Positions 1-11,815 of a stretch of DNA of 64,000 nucleotides are shown here, piece by piece. Under the pieces are notes generated by a model. It saw only the letters and a list, made by a program, of their open reading frames with translations. It had not been told where the DNA came from and ran no database searches. Each line of letters opens with the position of its first letter. Positions within the stretch are counted from its first letter, which is position 1. The position numbers were made by a program, and so were the translations under genes. Source of the stretch: Macrostomum lignano (Eukaryota); NCBI GenBank assembly GCA_002269645.1, contig NIVC01003840.1:10389-74388 (forward strand), written 5' to 3'.

Positions 1-341
1 GATTTTCCTAGCATGTCGTCGTTTCTTATTTTTTGTACATTTGTATCATGAAAAATACATAAAAATAGCCTAAATCACGTTTATCGACTTTAGCAGTGTA
101 TGGCTCAGAGTCAGTGCAACGAAACGGCTCAAAATGTATTATAAACATGTAGATCTTACCTAAATGACCGCATTCATGTACTTTTTAGAGTCTCGCAACA
201 AGGTTGAATTTCCTTTATTTCGGTTCGAATACCTACCCGTCGAATATTCGAATGTAATTAACAGGTGCGAATGTACAGTTAAAGTGAGTATCTTGGTTAA
301 AGTCGTGCGTCATGTAAGAGTCCCAGGTGCCATTGTTAGAA

Positions 342-389
342 TGACGCAGCTCAAAGGTCGCGCTGACGCGCGACCTTTGAGCTGCGTCA
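342..389. repeat. Perfect 22-bp inverted repeat with 4-nt loop
   Basis: Arms 342-363 (TGACGCAGCTCAAAGGTCGCGC) and 368-389 are exact reverse complements; loop TGAC. Confidence 0.9.
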
Positions 390-802
390 GTTGAAAGTTG
401 ATAAAAATGCGCATTTTTTGACACTTAAAAAACACACTTTTACAGAATTACCTATCAAGGTAAGCATTTAGCGGAAAATAACCAATCAGTGTCTTGAAGG
501 TCTGAAAATTCGCCAAAAGTTGGGTTCAATCAATTTTTGACTCCATATTGTGAATCCTTATTTTTTGAGATTCAAGATTTGGACGGGTCTAAAAAAAGTC
601 ACTTTTTTGTTGCCATGGCAACCAAGACGCGTTGCTATGGAACTTTCACGTCACACATCTTGTAGCCCTAAATGTTTTACGTCCATAGAGGGGTCACACA
701 TGGTTTCATCTCAAGTGGTTTTAACTCTGCATCAATTTTATTTTCTAAAACGTTGATTTTACGTTGGGGGAGTCTCCGGGACATCTTATCTCGGTCTCGT
801 TT

Positions 803-875
803 GTCCGAAAAAATTGCCAACGAGGAGCTACGCTCGCTTCGCTCGCTTCGCTCCTCGTTGGCAATTTTTCCGGAC
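803..875. repeat. 26-bp hairpin with a GCTCGCTTC-repeat loop
   Basis: Arms 803-828 and 850-875 pair at 25/26 positions; loop TACGCTCGCTTCGCTCGCTTC. Confidence 0.9.
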
Positions 876-966
876 TGCACTTCGACCTAACTAGCTAATG
901 TTAGTCAGCTTAAGTTGAACAGCTGCTGTAGCCCAACAACCGTTGCAAAGCACACCCAAAAGTCTC

Positions 967-2810
967 ATGATGAGTTGGCGGATCAACTGTTTACCTGCAG
1001 CTGTCGTACTACTCATAGGCGGATGTTTAATGGGTAAGTTTTCCGCAACATAATTTAAATTTATCTTGTATTACATGCTCTGCTCTTTATTAATTAGTAT
1101 GTTTCCTGAGTTATAAAATACTTCAGATTCTGTTTTAGGAATTTTTAATAATCCAGAGATTTAAGACCCCCGAAAACCCCCCTATTATAGCGACGAAATT
1201 ATAATCCTATATTAGTATTAAAATCGCAGATATTACTTATTTGTCTATTTCATAAACCTACACTACGAGTAAAACAAGTCTTCAGCAGTTGTCCTGTCCA
1301 CCCTTCCGGCTGCATCTCTTGTCCTGGACAGGGACTTCAGCTAGCTCTGGGCTCAGATTAGAAAGCCCTGGCCCGAGGGCCTTGGGGCCCACAGCCTCAG
1401 CATTTATTGGCCTGAACTTCAATAGATTGCTCAGACTTTCATTGAAGATTAGGTCAGTAAGTTCATCCAGTGTTTTTTTAAAAATCCTCTCAGCACTAAA
1501 CTCCCGCCATTCCTTTTCTTCTGGTGCAACGAAAACCAAGGATTTTAGATGCTGACCAAATTTTCAAGTAGGCCTTGTCGCCAATTCATGCTATTACGAT
1601 TCTGCTGCATTGAAATTCCCAGCTAACTTTTACGTAGGAACTACGTACATGTAGAGTTACCAGCAGTGCAATATAAAACGCCAAGAAATTCTTCGAAAAG
1701 TATTTTCCTCTATGCTTATACCTATAACTTCTGATCAATTTTAGGCGGCGTCTGTTCGAAAGATTATAAAGGGTAAGACTTGCAATGTCTTTATTAGCCA
1801 CTACCTTTTTATTTTTAAATTAGGCATTACTGTATTATTTAACTATCATTATCTCATTCCACTTTAGAGGCAAAAGAGGTTCAGCAGAGCTGCTCAAAGG
1901 AGACAAAGTAAAGGTGTCCGAAAGTCTCAGGCAGTATATGGACAGAGACGGAACCAATTTTAAATATGACGAAGTCACAGTGTGCGAACTAAAGAATTCA
2001 GAGCTGCCCTGATAAGGTTGACTATTTGGTCAACGTTCCCTTTTCTGAAGTGAGCTCTAAAGCCAGCACGAGATCCCACTGCTGCGAGTCTTCGTGCTGC
2101 ACTGCTGATGTCCAATTTGCGTTGAAATTAATAAGTGACGATAGTCGGTCACGCTACACATTACTTGTTGTATCAGTAGTTTTACCCTTTGCCATTTTAA
2201 TGCTCACCGTTTTATGCCGACTGTGTGGTGTAAGTCAACGCGAATCTTATGTTTGGGTTTGAATTCTCGTAGGGGTAGAGGCATATAGATTTCAGACCGA
2301 ATATTTATATAATGGCAAGAATTCTAGATCCTTAACTTGCGTCCTGAGATCGGGGCAATAGCTTTCAGATTGTCGACTATTCTGGGTTATATATGGCATC
2401 ACTAGTGCCATATACCTGTAGCTACTGTGCTTATCTGGTGTAAATACTTAACAAAGTGAATATAAATCAACTAATTTCCTTTCTTTATGCAGCTACTTAT
2501 ATACTGCTGTAGCGATCCGGATGCGAAAAATGAACGTATTGCCGATTGTTATGGGAATACTTCTAAATTTTGGAAAGATTCATTAACATTTATCCTAATG
2601 CATCGGGAAAATCTGTTTTGGAAGACAAAAAGTAAAACTGGAGGTAAGTAAAATAGTATTGTGCGTTCTATTAGTATTTATAACATTAGAATAACATCAG
2701 CAGTGCCAAAAGCCTCTCATAATACCACAACATTCCACCCCCAGCAGCGACATCAACAGCTTCTACTGATGCAAGCAGTTCGCCATAAGCTGCAGAGCTC
2801 GCTAATTTGA
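967..2810 (+). pseudogene. Shisa-like single-pass membrane protein, paralog 1 (frameshifted)
   Basis: Phase-compatible GT-AG exons at 967-1033 (signal peptide MMSWRINCLPAAVVLLIGGCLMG), 1745-1772, 1868-2229, 2493-2643 and 2701-2810. Domain order is C..CP..CC..CC, then TM (YTLLVVSVVLPFAILMLTVLC), then a juxtamembrane LLIYCC. It is 8 nt shorter than paralog 2 near 1985-2005, which shifts the frame. The Shisa-like assignment is inferred from the Cys pattern. Confidence 0.6.
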
Positions 2811-3263
2811 CAAATGGTCAAACTATACGTATAACCTAAAATTCAGTATTGAACGTACAGCTGAAAAAACTATTTGGAGAAAGTCGACGTATTGCTCCGA
2901 AAAAATGTAACGACGCTGAAAGCACCGAACCTAATATTGATTTTTATAACGTATACCGAATTTATCACTACTTTAATTTATTTACGAGTATTACTCCACG
3001 GCAAAACAAAATACAACTATCCACCTGCACTTTTGCAAGCTCATCTACGAGTATGACGTCGCAAAACAAGTAATTTATTTGTTATTTTTTATACATATAT
3101 AAGATAACCACTAAACAAACCTACTTAACCTACTATAATACCTTACAAAACATTATGGTACATTTTGGATAGCTTTTTTAAATGTAAAGGTATCGTATCT
3201 ATTCATTTAAGCAAAAAACTTTGATCAATATGAAACTATGAAGCTACATATGTAAGCGTATGA

Positions 3264-3304
<41 letters not shown>

Positions 3305-3349
3305 CACAGACAGACAGACAGACATTCTGACAGACAGACAGACAGTAGA

Positions 3350-3436
<87 letters not shown>

Positions 3437-3448
3437 GTAGAACACTCT

Positions 3449-3480
<32 letters not shown>
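3264..3480. repeat. (GACA)n microsatellite
   Basis: About 54 units with a few interruptions; flanked by the direct repeat TGTAAGCGTA at 3251-3260 and 3520-3529. Confidence 0.95.
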
Positions 3481-3550
3481 TTCGTTAATTCTTTTAGGTT
3501 CACGGAGTCTGGCAAAAGGTGTAAGCGTAAAAAACGGGGTTGGGGATTTT

Positions 3551-3918
3551 TTTATTTATTTTTTTTTTTAGAGACAGGGGGGTTGTGTGCACCCTGGCGC
3601 ACTTTAAGCGACATAGGCACACAACCGGCGAGAGGCATTACTGCCCATTCCGCCGACTCCCCTGAGCAGGCATACAAGCGCGCGGATACGTTACGCAGGC
3701 ACACACTCACACAGGAGTGTACAGCGGCCCTAACTTTATCAATTGTTAGGCATGTACACTTCACTGCGCCTTGAAGGGTTGGCTCTCAAGGCCGTTAATT
3801 GCACAAGCGAGCCAAGCCGAAATTCCAATTCAGCCCCAAATTAATGTGGCTGCACTTGGAATCGAGCCTGGGTCGCGGCACACCAGAGCAGCTGCGCTAC
3901 CGCTGGGCTACGGCCCCC
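3551..3918 (-). mobile_element. tRNA-derived SINE, family B, near full length
   Basis: Minus-strand A box TAGCCCAGCGG (3910-3900), B box GGCTCGATTCC (3868-3858) and an A-rich tail at about 3551-3570. The body is homologous to 47515-47600 and 53652-53932. Confidence 0.7.
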
Positions 3919-4506
3919 CGGGGTTGGGGATAATGCAAGAGTTATTGTTCACCTTGTGGCGAATGTCATGAGAAATGAGTTGAATTGAAATTGTGAGAAG
4001 TCAATGGCTATTAGCTCTTGACGAAGAATAATCGAATATAATTGACAGTCAGTCAGTTACACTATTATGTCTAAACTTGCCAGATTATAGGAGTTAGAAA
4101 TCTGAAGATTTAACCATAGTAAACCATAGTAATCTCTCTACCCCAAAATTTACCGCATGGTTACACGCGTACAACTAGGGGACTTTGATTTTTTCATCAA
4201 ATTTAGGTTATCTGTGTATATACGCATTCTGTGTATAGCAGTGGAAATTTGAGAAAAGTAAACTTAAGAAAGTAAAACTAACGTAAGCAAAGGACTCGTA
4301 GCTACGCTCGCATTATACGAATTTTGGTTGAAAAACAGAACTCCCGCTGAACTTTGTTTTCTATGGTAAATGTTGACCTGTTTCAACGAAAATGTTTATT
4401 TTAGCTTTTTATTCCTAATTTCGAAGTGTAACTCAGCAGTTCTTCATTCGGACTAAAAATATCCTAGCAAAAAGATCGCAGGTACAAAAAAGCGAGCAAA
4501 AATTTT

Positions 4507-5366
4507 ATGAAGAATTGAGAAATTACTCATTTACTGGAATTTATCGCACTGCTCTTTGTCGAACTTTTGACGGGTGAGTTTTTCACTATATTTAAACACA
4601 TTGCGACGACAAGGACAACTAAAGCAACGTATATACAGCTGGACGCGACACTCACGTTTCATAGAGAAAGTTTTGGAGGCCACTTTTCGCCGGAAAATAC
4701 ACGGAGATTAGGAAGTTTTCATTAGGAAGAGATTAGGAAGAGATGATAAAACAACATTCACTAAATTAAATGACGTTGATGATGCTAAACGAGCCACTTT
4801 ACCTGATACTGTGATCAGAATACTGTGATTTGAGGTTTTTCAATGCCACTACTGCTTCATTCAACTTCTCACGCATTTTAGGCGCCGACTCGCGTGATTA
4901 TAAAGGGTAAGACCAGGCAGAGGTTCTAGTAGCCACTACCTAATTGTTGCTCTTAAATAAGCGAATACTGCATTTAACAATGCATCACCACCCTTGCTTC
5001 ATTCAAGATACAAAAGAGGTTCCGCAGCGCTGCTAAAAAGTCCTAGAACAAAAGTGTCGAATAATCTCAGGCGGTATATGAACAGAGATGGAGCAAATTT
5101 CAAATATGAAGAAGTCACACTGTGCAGATTTTGCACTAATGAGCTGCAGGCCTGCCCAGATAAAATTTATTATTTGATCAACATTTCTTTCTCTGATGTA
5201 AACATCCGCAACGGCACGAAATCGTTCTGTTGCAGTTCCGAGTGCTGCAACAGTAGCGAATTTAAGAAAGATCTGTCCTATTTTTTAAAGAGAGGCATAC
5301 TACTAATTGCCCTTTTTGGTGGTCACCAAACTTTGTACTACTTCAATTTTTTTTTTATTGTATCAC
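4507..5366 (+). pseudogene. Shisa-like single-pass membrane protein, paralog 2 (in-frame stop and frameshift)
   Basis: Exons 4507-4573 (signal-like, same 67-nt length as paralog 1, TGA at 4516-4518), 4882-4906 and 5008-5366. DNA and protein align with 1745-2229 (DYKG|xKRGSA..LRxYMxRDGxNFKY..C..CPDK..CC..CC). The frame shifts near 5306, just before the TM segment LPFLVVTKLC. A possible later exon at 7936-8037 (GLSIVVCCLY) is unconfirmed. Confidence 0.6.
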
Positions 5367-5543
5367 GTATGTGTAAATGAGTTCGAATCATATGTTTATT
5401 TATATTTGAATCAAGCTAGATATATAGAACAAGATACATATAGAATGGCATACGTTTCAGTAAATCGGGTTTTTATGCAATATCTTGTAAATGAACAAAA
5501 AGGAAAAACCATTAAAACTAAAGTACCAGCTACACGAAAAGAG

Positions 5544-6110
5544 TTAATCATAAATGTCACAGCTAGTGTAGTTTATCAGTTTGTAGTCGAAATTTGACAA
5601 TGTAAAAATCAATTTGTCACCCAAAGTGAAACATGCACAGTTCTCAAAGCCGCAGTTTCCAAAGATGCTCGACACTTTAGCCTGATGATTTGGCATTGCA
5701 AAAGGAGATGGTCTATGTTGAATGTTTTCTATGAAAGAGAAATACAGGTGCTCAAGTATAGTTGCCGAACTTACCATTTGAAAGATGCACGTCTTGGTTA
5801 AGTTGGCATGCGACTGATGAGCTTCGTCTGATGAGCTTCTTTGGTACCGCAGTATCCAAGCTGGGATTCTTTGGGACTGTCGGCTGCTCGACTGAATCGA
5901 TTGGCCGCTTTCAGGCATCGTTTATAGCCGTCGAGGCGTTGAAGACTGCATGGTCGCGTTTTCTTCCTAGGTAGCGCTGCACGGTTCGTTCAGTCGTCGA
6001 CAGGAAGATTTTTTCAATTAATAAGCGCGGCTGTTTGACGAGATGCACTATAGCCATGGTTGTTTGACAAGACAAATAGCTTTTTCTCCCACTACTCGCT
6101 TTCCTGATTT
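5544..6110 (-). pseudogene. Decayed spliced ORF of unknown product, weakly tyrosine-recombinase (Crypton)-like
   Basis: Exons 6110-5775 and 5728-5544 are joined in frame by a 46-nt phase-1 GTAAGT..CATAG intron; internal TGA at 5913-5911. Contains SSGRKS...ERTVQRY and the tail SSIFGNCGFENCACF. Confidence 0.35.
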
Positions 6111-6229
6111 CTGGCAAGACGCAAGCAAAATCAGCACTCATCACAGTGTTGTCTATGGTCAAACTAAGCCACACAACTCAGTCGTCTATGGGTAAAACAA
6201 CTCTTAAAACAGCCAATTGAAGCATGATA

Positions 6230-6929
6230 AAAAGTGTGGAATAATGACAGCGACAAAAGTGTCGAATAATGGCCGCAAAAGTGTGGAATAATGGTAGATT
6301 GCGTAGTAGGTAAGGGGCTGAAATAATGGCCATAGACACTCGTGCGCTACGCAATCTAAAAACACGAGTGCTACGCGCACTCGTGTTTGGCCATTATTTC
6401 AGCCCCTTACCTACTACGCAACGTCATTGTGTCATGCTGTACGCTCATTATTCCACGCTTAGGAATCATTATTTTAGGCTTCTAAAAATACATTCATGAG
6501 ACAATGTGTTTGTGTATATGGTTTTGTCATAGACAATGATAAATTTTAGTCACTCGTGGCTTCGCCACTCGTGAAAAATTTATCATTGTCTACCTCCAAA
6601 ACCATATACACAATCTATCATTGTCTATAAGACACAGCCTGGCCATTATTTCAGCGTGCCGGAAGCGGTCATTATTTCAGGGTAAGAGTCTGCGTGCGTG
6701 CGACTGCGTAAAGAGGGCGGTGGTTGGGCCATAGACTATAAATGAATAAGCTGATGATAGGCTTGAGCTGACGAGAAGTAGCTGAAATAATGGCCAGTTG
6801 AGTTTGTCATTACGCCAGGCTGTGTCTTCTGGACAATGACTGAGCGCTGAGTGAAAGTATAAATACAATGCTACGCGCACTCGAGTTTTGGCCATTATTC
6901 AACTCAGTTGCATACTATACAATCTACCA
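6230..6929. mobile_element. Non-autonomous nested-palindrome element
   Basis: Terminal IR 6292-6308/6913-6929 (15/17); perfect 34-bp IR 6299-6332/6388-6421 enclosing an 11-bp hairpin; compound hairpin 6511-6612; subrepeats G(A/G)AATAATG in both orientations. Confidence 0.7.
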
Positions 6930-8539
6930 CTGTATGAATAGTGGGAAGAATTCCATGCATTGAGACTATTAAGAGGTAATATTAAATAGTTTATTATCTA
7001 ATAAATTAATACAACAGATCCCACCATAGCTGGTGTAGAGGGTTTCGTGCAAAATCGATAACAGGTGCCAGGCGGTGCTTAGCCTTCGGTTTATTTTCGC
7101 TAGTGCTTGGGTTTTTTGAGTGTAGAAAATGCTTGAAGAAAATGCTGGCTTTGATACTGTGTATTTTTGGCTTTCCTGAAATTTATAGAATCGTTTTTGC
7201 TAAAAATAGATCATATAGATACCTACCTACCTACCGACAAACCAATTTTAGCATATGAAAATCGAATTCTATAGTTAGTTTATAGTACGTCCGTACGGTA
7301 TTCATATTGCGTATGATCATAAATTACAGTAATTAAATATATGTTTGCCAGTCGTTGATTTTTTACGGGAACCGTCTATCCATTTTTTTCAAATTAGCTT
7401 TCAAAATTGTTCATTTTTGGCGATCATGCATACAGTTTTGATGAAAAATTCGAATGGGAAGTGGGCCAACTATTCGAAAAACTATTTTTAATGCTTTTAA
7501 TGGCGCTCTGTTTCACGATTTATTTCTTCAGTTCGACCATCTAGGTTTCGCCTTGGTCAATTTACAGTGTAAAATGTACATTCACAATAAAGCTAAGGAG
7601 TTTACGACCCTTTGTGGCGTTGATTGAATTTTATCGCTTACCAACCAGTCTGATAGACGATGGATGAAAGAGTGGGTGCATGGGGGGTTTAAAAGCTGGC
7701 CTGAAATTTAACAACCCCCTAAACTGCTCTGATCTTGTTTGTTTTGTTTCATTTTATGAATACAACACAAGGTGGCGAAGTTGCAGATGAGGGCAATAGC
7801 TAATGGGCCCAATTAATTCAAATTAATTTGGCGACTTGGTATATAAAATTTATACCATTGGAAGCGGGTCAAATATCCGAAAAACAAAGTTTTTAGCGCT
7901 TTCAGAGAATTTTTAATTTGAAGGCCCACCATCAGGGTCTTAGTATCGTAGTGTGCTGCTTATATAGCTACTCAGCATCATCGAGAAGTCGCCATCACAG
8001 AAGATTCTGTCTGTGGTCGCCACTTTTGAGAGTGCAGGTAGTCTCTCAATCTTCGCGGGTGACGTAACTTTGCTACGCCGCGGCAGACTAGCTTGAGTTG
8101 AGGAATGAAGTGGGGGATGTGCGAGGGCTTTGTTGGACGGATTAAAGCTACCCCGATCAGTTTCTCGTATCTTATATTTCAGAATAGTCCAAGAGAAATT
8201 GCTCACTGGCGCATCGAGTGGCGACTTTTCAATGTTTCTGAGTAAATATAAAATTTCGAACAGTGAAAAATTTGATTTGGAAGTAGGTCAACTATTTAAA
8301 AGACGATTTTTTATGCTTTCAATATTTGAATTCTGAAGTTTAATCATGCCCCCATGGGTGCTTAATGCGCTAGTAGGAACTATTTTTGTCATAAGTGATC
8401 GATATATTTTATTGTCTATGGTGTATCATCATACTTCATGCATATATTACTTTGTCAATATTAAAATTCTAAAATACGGATCGAGGCGACTTTTATTGTG
8501 TAAAAATATTTTATGTTGACGAAAATAACTTCGGACAGA

Positions 8540-10597
8540 ATGAAAAGTCTGCAGAAACTATCTTTGTTCATATGGACGTTGATAACGTACATGTCAAGTA
8601 TTTCAATCGGTAAGTATGTTCGCCCTCTTGAATTTAGGTAGATACCAAAATTTTAGTTTTCTTAGGATTATAATTTCATCTCCAAAGGGGTTTTTGAGGG
8701 TGCTGATTTTAAATTTGAGCTTCATTTTTATGTAGCTTCAACCTAACTGTATATAGCTTAAAGCCAAGGAAGCAAAAGCAAGGAACGGCGCGAATGGAGG
8801 CTTTTAGAGGGCCTTCTTCCACTTCAAGCGTCCTATAGTGAAGGCAATTTTTCCGGAGTCCGTAATTTTTTTGGAATCTGCTGTTATTGTTATAAAATGA
8901 CTTCAAGCACACTATAATTATACATGTTCACTGAGACGAGTTCGCATCTCAAATCGCATGTTCTCAGCCAGTTCAAGAAACGGGCAACGACCGATTGTAG
9001 CCTCGGATGAAGATGATTTCAAGCCCGACGAGCATCAGCCTGAATCCAGCGATAAAATCATGCTGATCCTGGTTGCCGTTTTCCTTGGCGGTCCAATAGT
9101 GATCGCTCTGATCACTTGCGCCTTGGCCGTTTGTCTCTGTAAACTGCACGAGAATACCGACAAAGTCAGCGGTGTAAGCTCGAATCTTAATCTTAATGAA
9201 ATTTCACAAGCTGGACACTTCAAACGCCATGGAACTTGAATTGATCTCAGCCAGAAAATGCAACATTTTAGCGCCATTTTGACTTCTGTGAGGGAGCATG
9301 ACCCAAGAGGCACTTGACCGTCCCCTGAATAGATCCCAAATTACAGCTAAGAGATGCTCTTAATGTCGGGGCATTGTCCTCCAAACTGGTGGTGTGCCAA
9401 AGAGTCATGTGTTACAAACGAGCGATCTCAGGATGTGAACAGGTACATGTACAGGCCAGGTAGGTTGATTTGGGGGGGGGCACCTCTGCCACACCACCAG
9501 TCTAGCTAACCATGGCTGATGTAAGGGACTCTTACCAGACTAATGCCGGAGCGGGGTCTTTTGCATCCGGAGATTCTGCAGTGTACATTCAACAGCTGCG
9601 CTAATTAATTAGCATATGCACTTTACTCTCGCATCGTGTAGCTGAGTAATGACCAAACTCGTATGAAAACAATTTCGGGTTTCTCTGCCGGGGGATGGGA
9701 CTGGGGTTGACTTTTAATGACTGCGAATTAACCTGCGTGGAGATCGAACAGTGACTTAGGGAGTTAACAAGATTATGATAGCTATAGGGTTGTTCCATTC
9801 CAAATGACGGGAAATCTGGGAAGCGTGATACCGCCTGAACAACGTAGCCTTGAACTGCCTTTGACAAGCAAGCAAATGACGAATGACGTCATCTGCCTGC
9901 GCTGTGATTGGCTAGAAAAAATGAGGTTATAGGTCAAGACCGATCAGAGGGGGTTGCGCAACTATTCACATGGCAAAATGCGACTGGCTTACAGATATAG
10001 AGTTCTAAATGGAGGGGGTCGTTTCATATACATGTAAGACCGAAGTTCACAACGCCGAAAACTATACTGCATGATCTTTAATAAGTAACGATAAGTGTGT
10101 TGGGGTTGGTGTAAATAGAGTGGATGTAAAATGAGTAAGTGGGTGTTAAAGAGGTGGGCTGCAGGGTGTAAAATGATCGAGTGGGGTGGGTGGAGTTATC
10201 GTTGAGTTGTCGGGCGATTAGGTCTTGGGATCCTGGAGTTGGGACCATGCATTTCTTACTGTACTTCTTAATATTGAGAGGAGATTGTTGCGGCCTTACT
10301 GCTGATATATCAATTTTAATAGATTCTACAGACTCATTTCACTCTGCCGATCGGGCATACCAATTCCAGACACCTCAGGCCAGCACCCAGCCGCCGCAGC
10401 GAGTCGCCCTAATTCCACCAAAGCCAATAACGGAGAGTCCGAAAGCAGTTCAGCCGGGGAGCGTTCCTGAAGATGAGCAGTCTGCTAGTCAGAAGCCAGC
10501 TGATAATGTGCCACTTAATCCAGTGGGTTTTGCTGATAATTCTCAAAAGTTTGTGAAATTTTCTGCGGAGGAGAATGCGTCAAAATCGGATAGCTAG
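8540..10597 (+). CDS. Small type I membrane protein with a very short ectodomain and a Pro-rich tail
   Basis: Exon 8540-8609 (signal peptide MKSLQKLSLFIWTLITYMSSISI, donor GTAAGT); exon 8968-9171 (TM IMLILVAVFLGGPIVIALITCALAVCLC); exon 10332-10597 (Pro-rich, ends at stop). The phases agree if the weaker donor at 9172 is used. Confidence 0.55.
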
Positions 10598-11815
10598 CTG
10601 GAGAACTGAAAAGCAGCTTGCTGTTGGTCTACATGTAAATTGCGTAATGGTCTTCTGCAATAACAAAGGGTATTTAATTTGTCATGCCTATATAACCTAC
10701 GATGTAACTAAACGCCTGCCTACAGGGCCTGTATTTTAAATTATTACCTAAAGTTTTTTTTAACACGCTAGTCTAATTATTTATAACCATAAAAATGAAT
10801 TTAGTAAAAAAAATAAAAGCAAATATTTTTGCCCTATTTTGGACTTTCGTATTGTGAAATTTCATTTGTTTTTATTATTTTATAAACATATAGCTAGCTA
10901 GGACATTATATAGATGGGGGCTCTAGATACATAAGATTGAGAAAGAAAAGATAGCGCGCACAGTCATCAGATTTAGCTATTTTAATATACACAAAAACAT
11001 AAAAACAAAAAATGAGCTTATGTTTAAAATACACGTGACGTAATTTACTTAATCGTTGTTTCAGCAGGGTGCAATTAGAATAATTTTAAAATAACGCAAA
11101 TTATTAACGAAAACTATAGTATATTTCAATGAACAAAAACGTATTTCACAGTTAGCTATTTGAAGTTTGAACTAAAGTATAGTACTTCGTAAGCTACGAA
11201 CGCTGCTAACAGTTCTACATATTTTTGTTTGACTGTACTTACATGGATATACTAATTGCGCGAATTTAACTTCTTGATCCCATGCATTTAGACCTATATT
11301 AGTCATATACATTCCTTTTTCGACTGAATTCACTGAATTTCGACTGAAATATCTATAAAAATGGATTTATTTAGTATATTTTACAACGTCTCATTATTGA
11401 TAACATGCTTGGTGCACATTTCATCATTTTCGGGTAAATTTTACTGTAGCCTACGGTAACTAAAAATATTATAATATTTGTATCTTTAGACTCTATTTAG
11501 TTAAGCGTTTATTTAAAAGCATGTTAAATTCCGGTTTATTGACTATATGGCTAACTCAAGTAATTCTCGTTTACTTTCGTTTACTTCGAAGTAATTATCG
11601 TGATATTGTGCCTACACTAACTTAAAGAGTATATTATTGTTCAAGTAAAGGATATATATAAAATCCTGTCAAGCTAAAAAAGAACACAAAATAATTAAAT
11701 TACCACTAGATAGATATAATTGCCTTACTGTAGGTATAAATAATTGCTGTACAATTATTAAATGTTAACCAGTTGATAGTTAAACAAACTCTTCTAAATT
11801 TATCTCTCCATTCAG

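Noticed and set aside
1282-1555. Opposed 85-88 aa ORFs in the first intron of paralog 1 (also 9601-9867)
   Set aside because: No recognisable motif or supported splice structure.
3858-3918. tRNA genes at the SINE heads (also 49294-49356 and 53935-53995)
   Set aside because: A/B boxes are present but no complete acceptor stem is evident, and each continues into a repeated SINE body.
6760-6815. Hammerhead-like CTGACGA...GAAA (also CTGATGA at about 5815, 30875 and 32838)
   Set aside because: Stem II is weak or absent and the U-H cleavage triplet is not correctly placed.
7940-8336. Inverted peptide similarity GDFSMMLS / GDFSMFLS on opposite strands
   Set aside because: The match covers only about 30 nt and does not extend; treated as chance.
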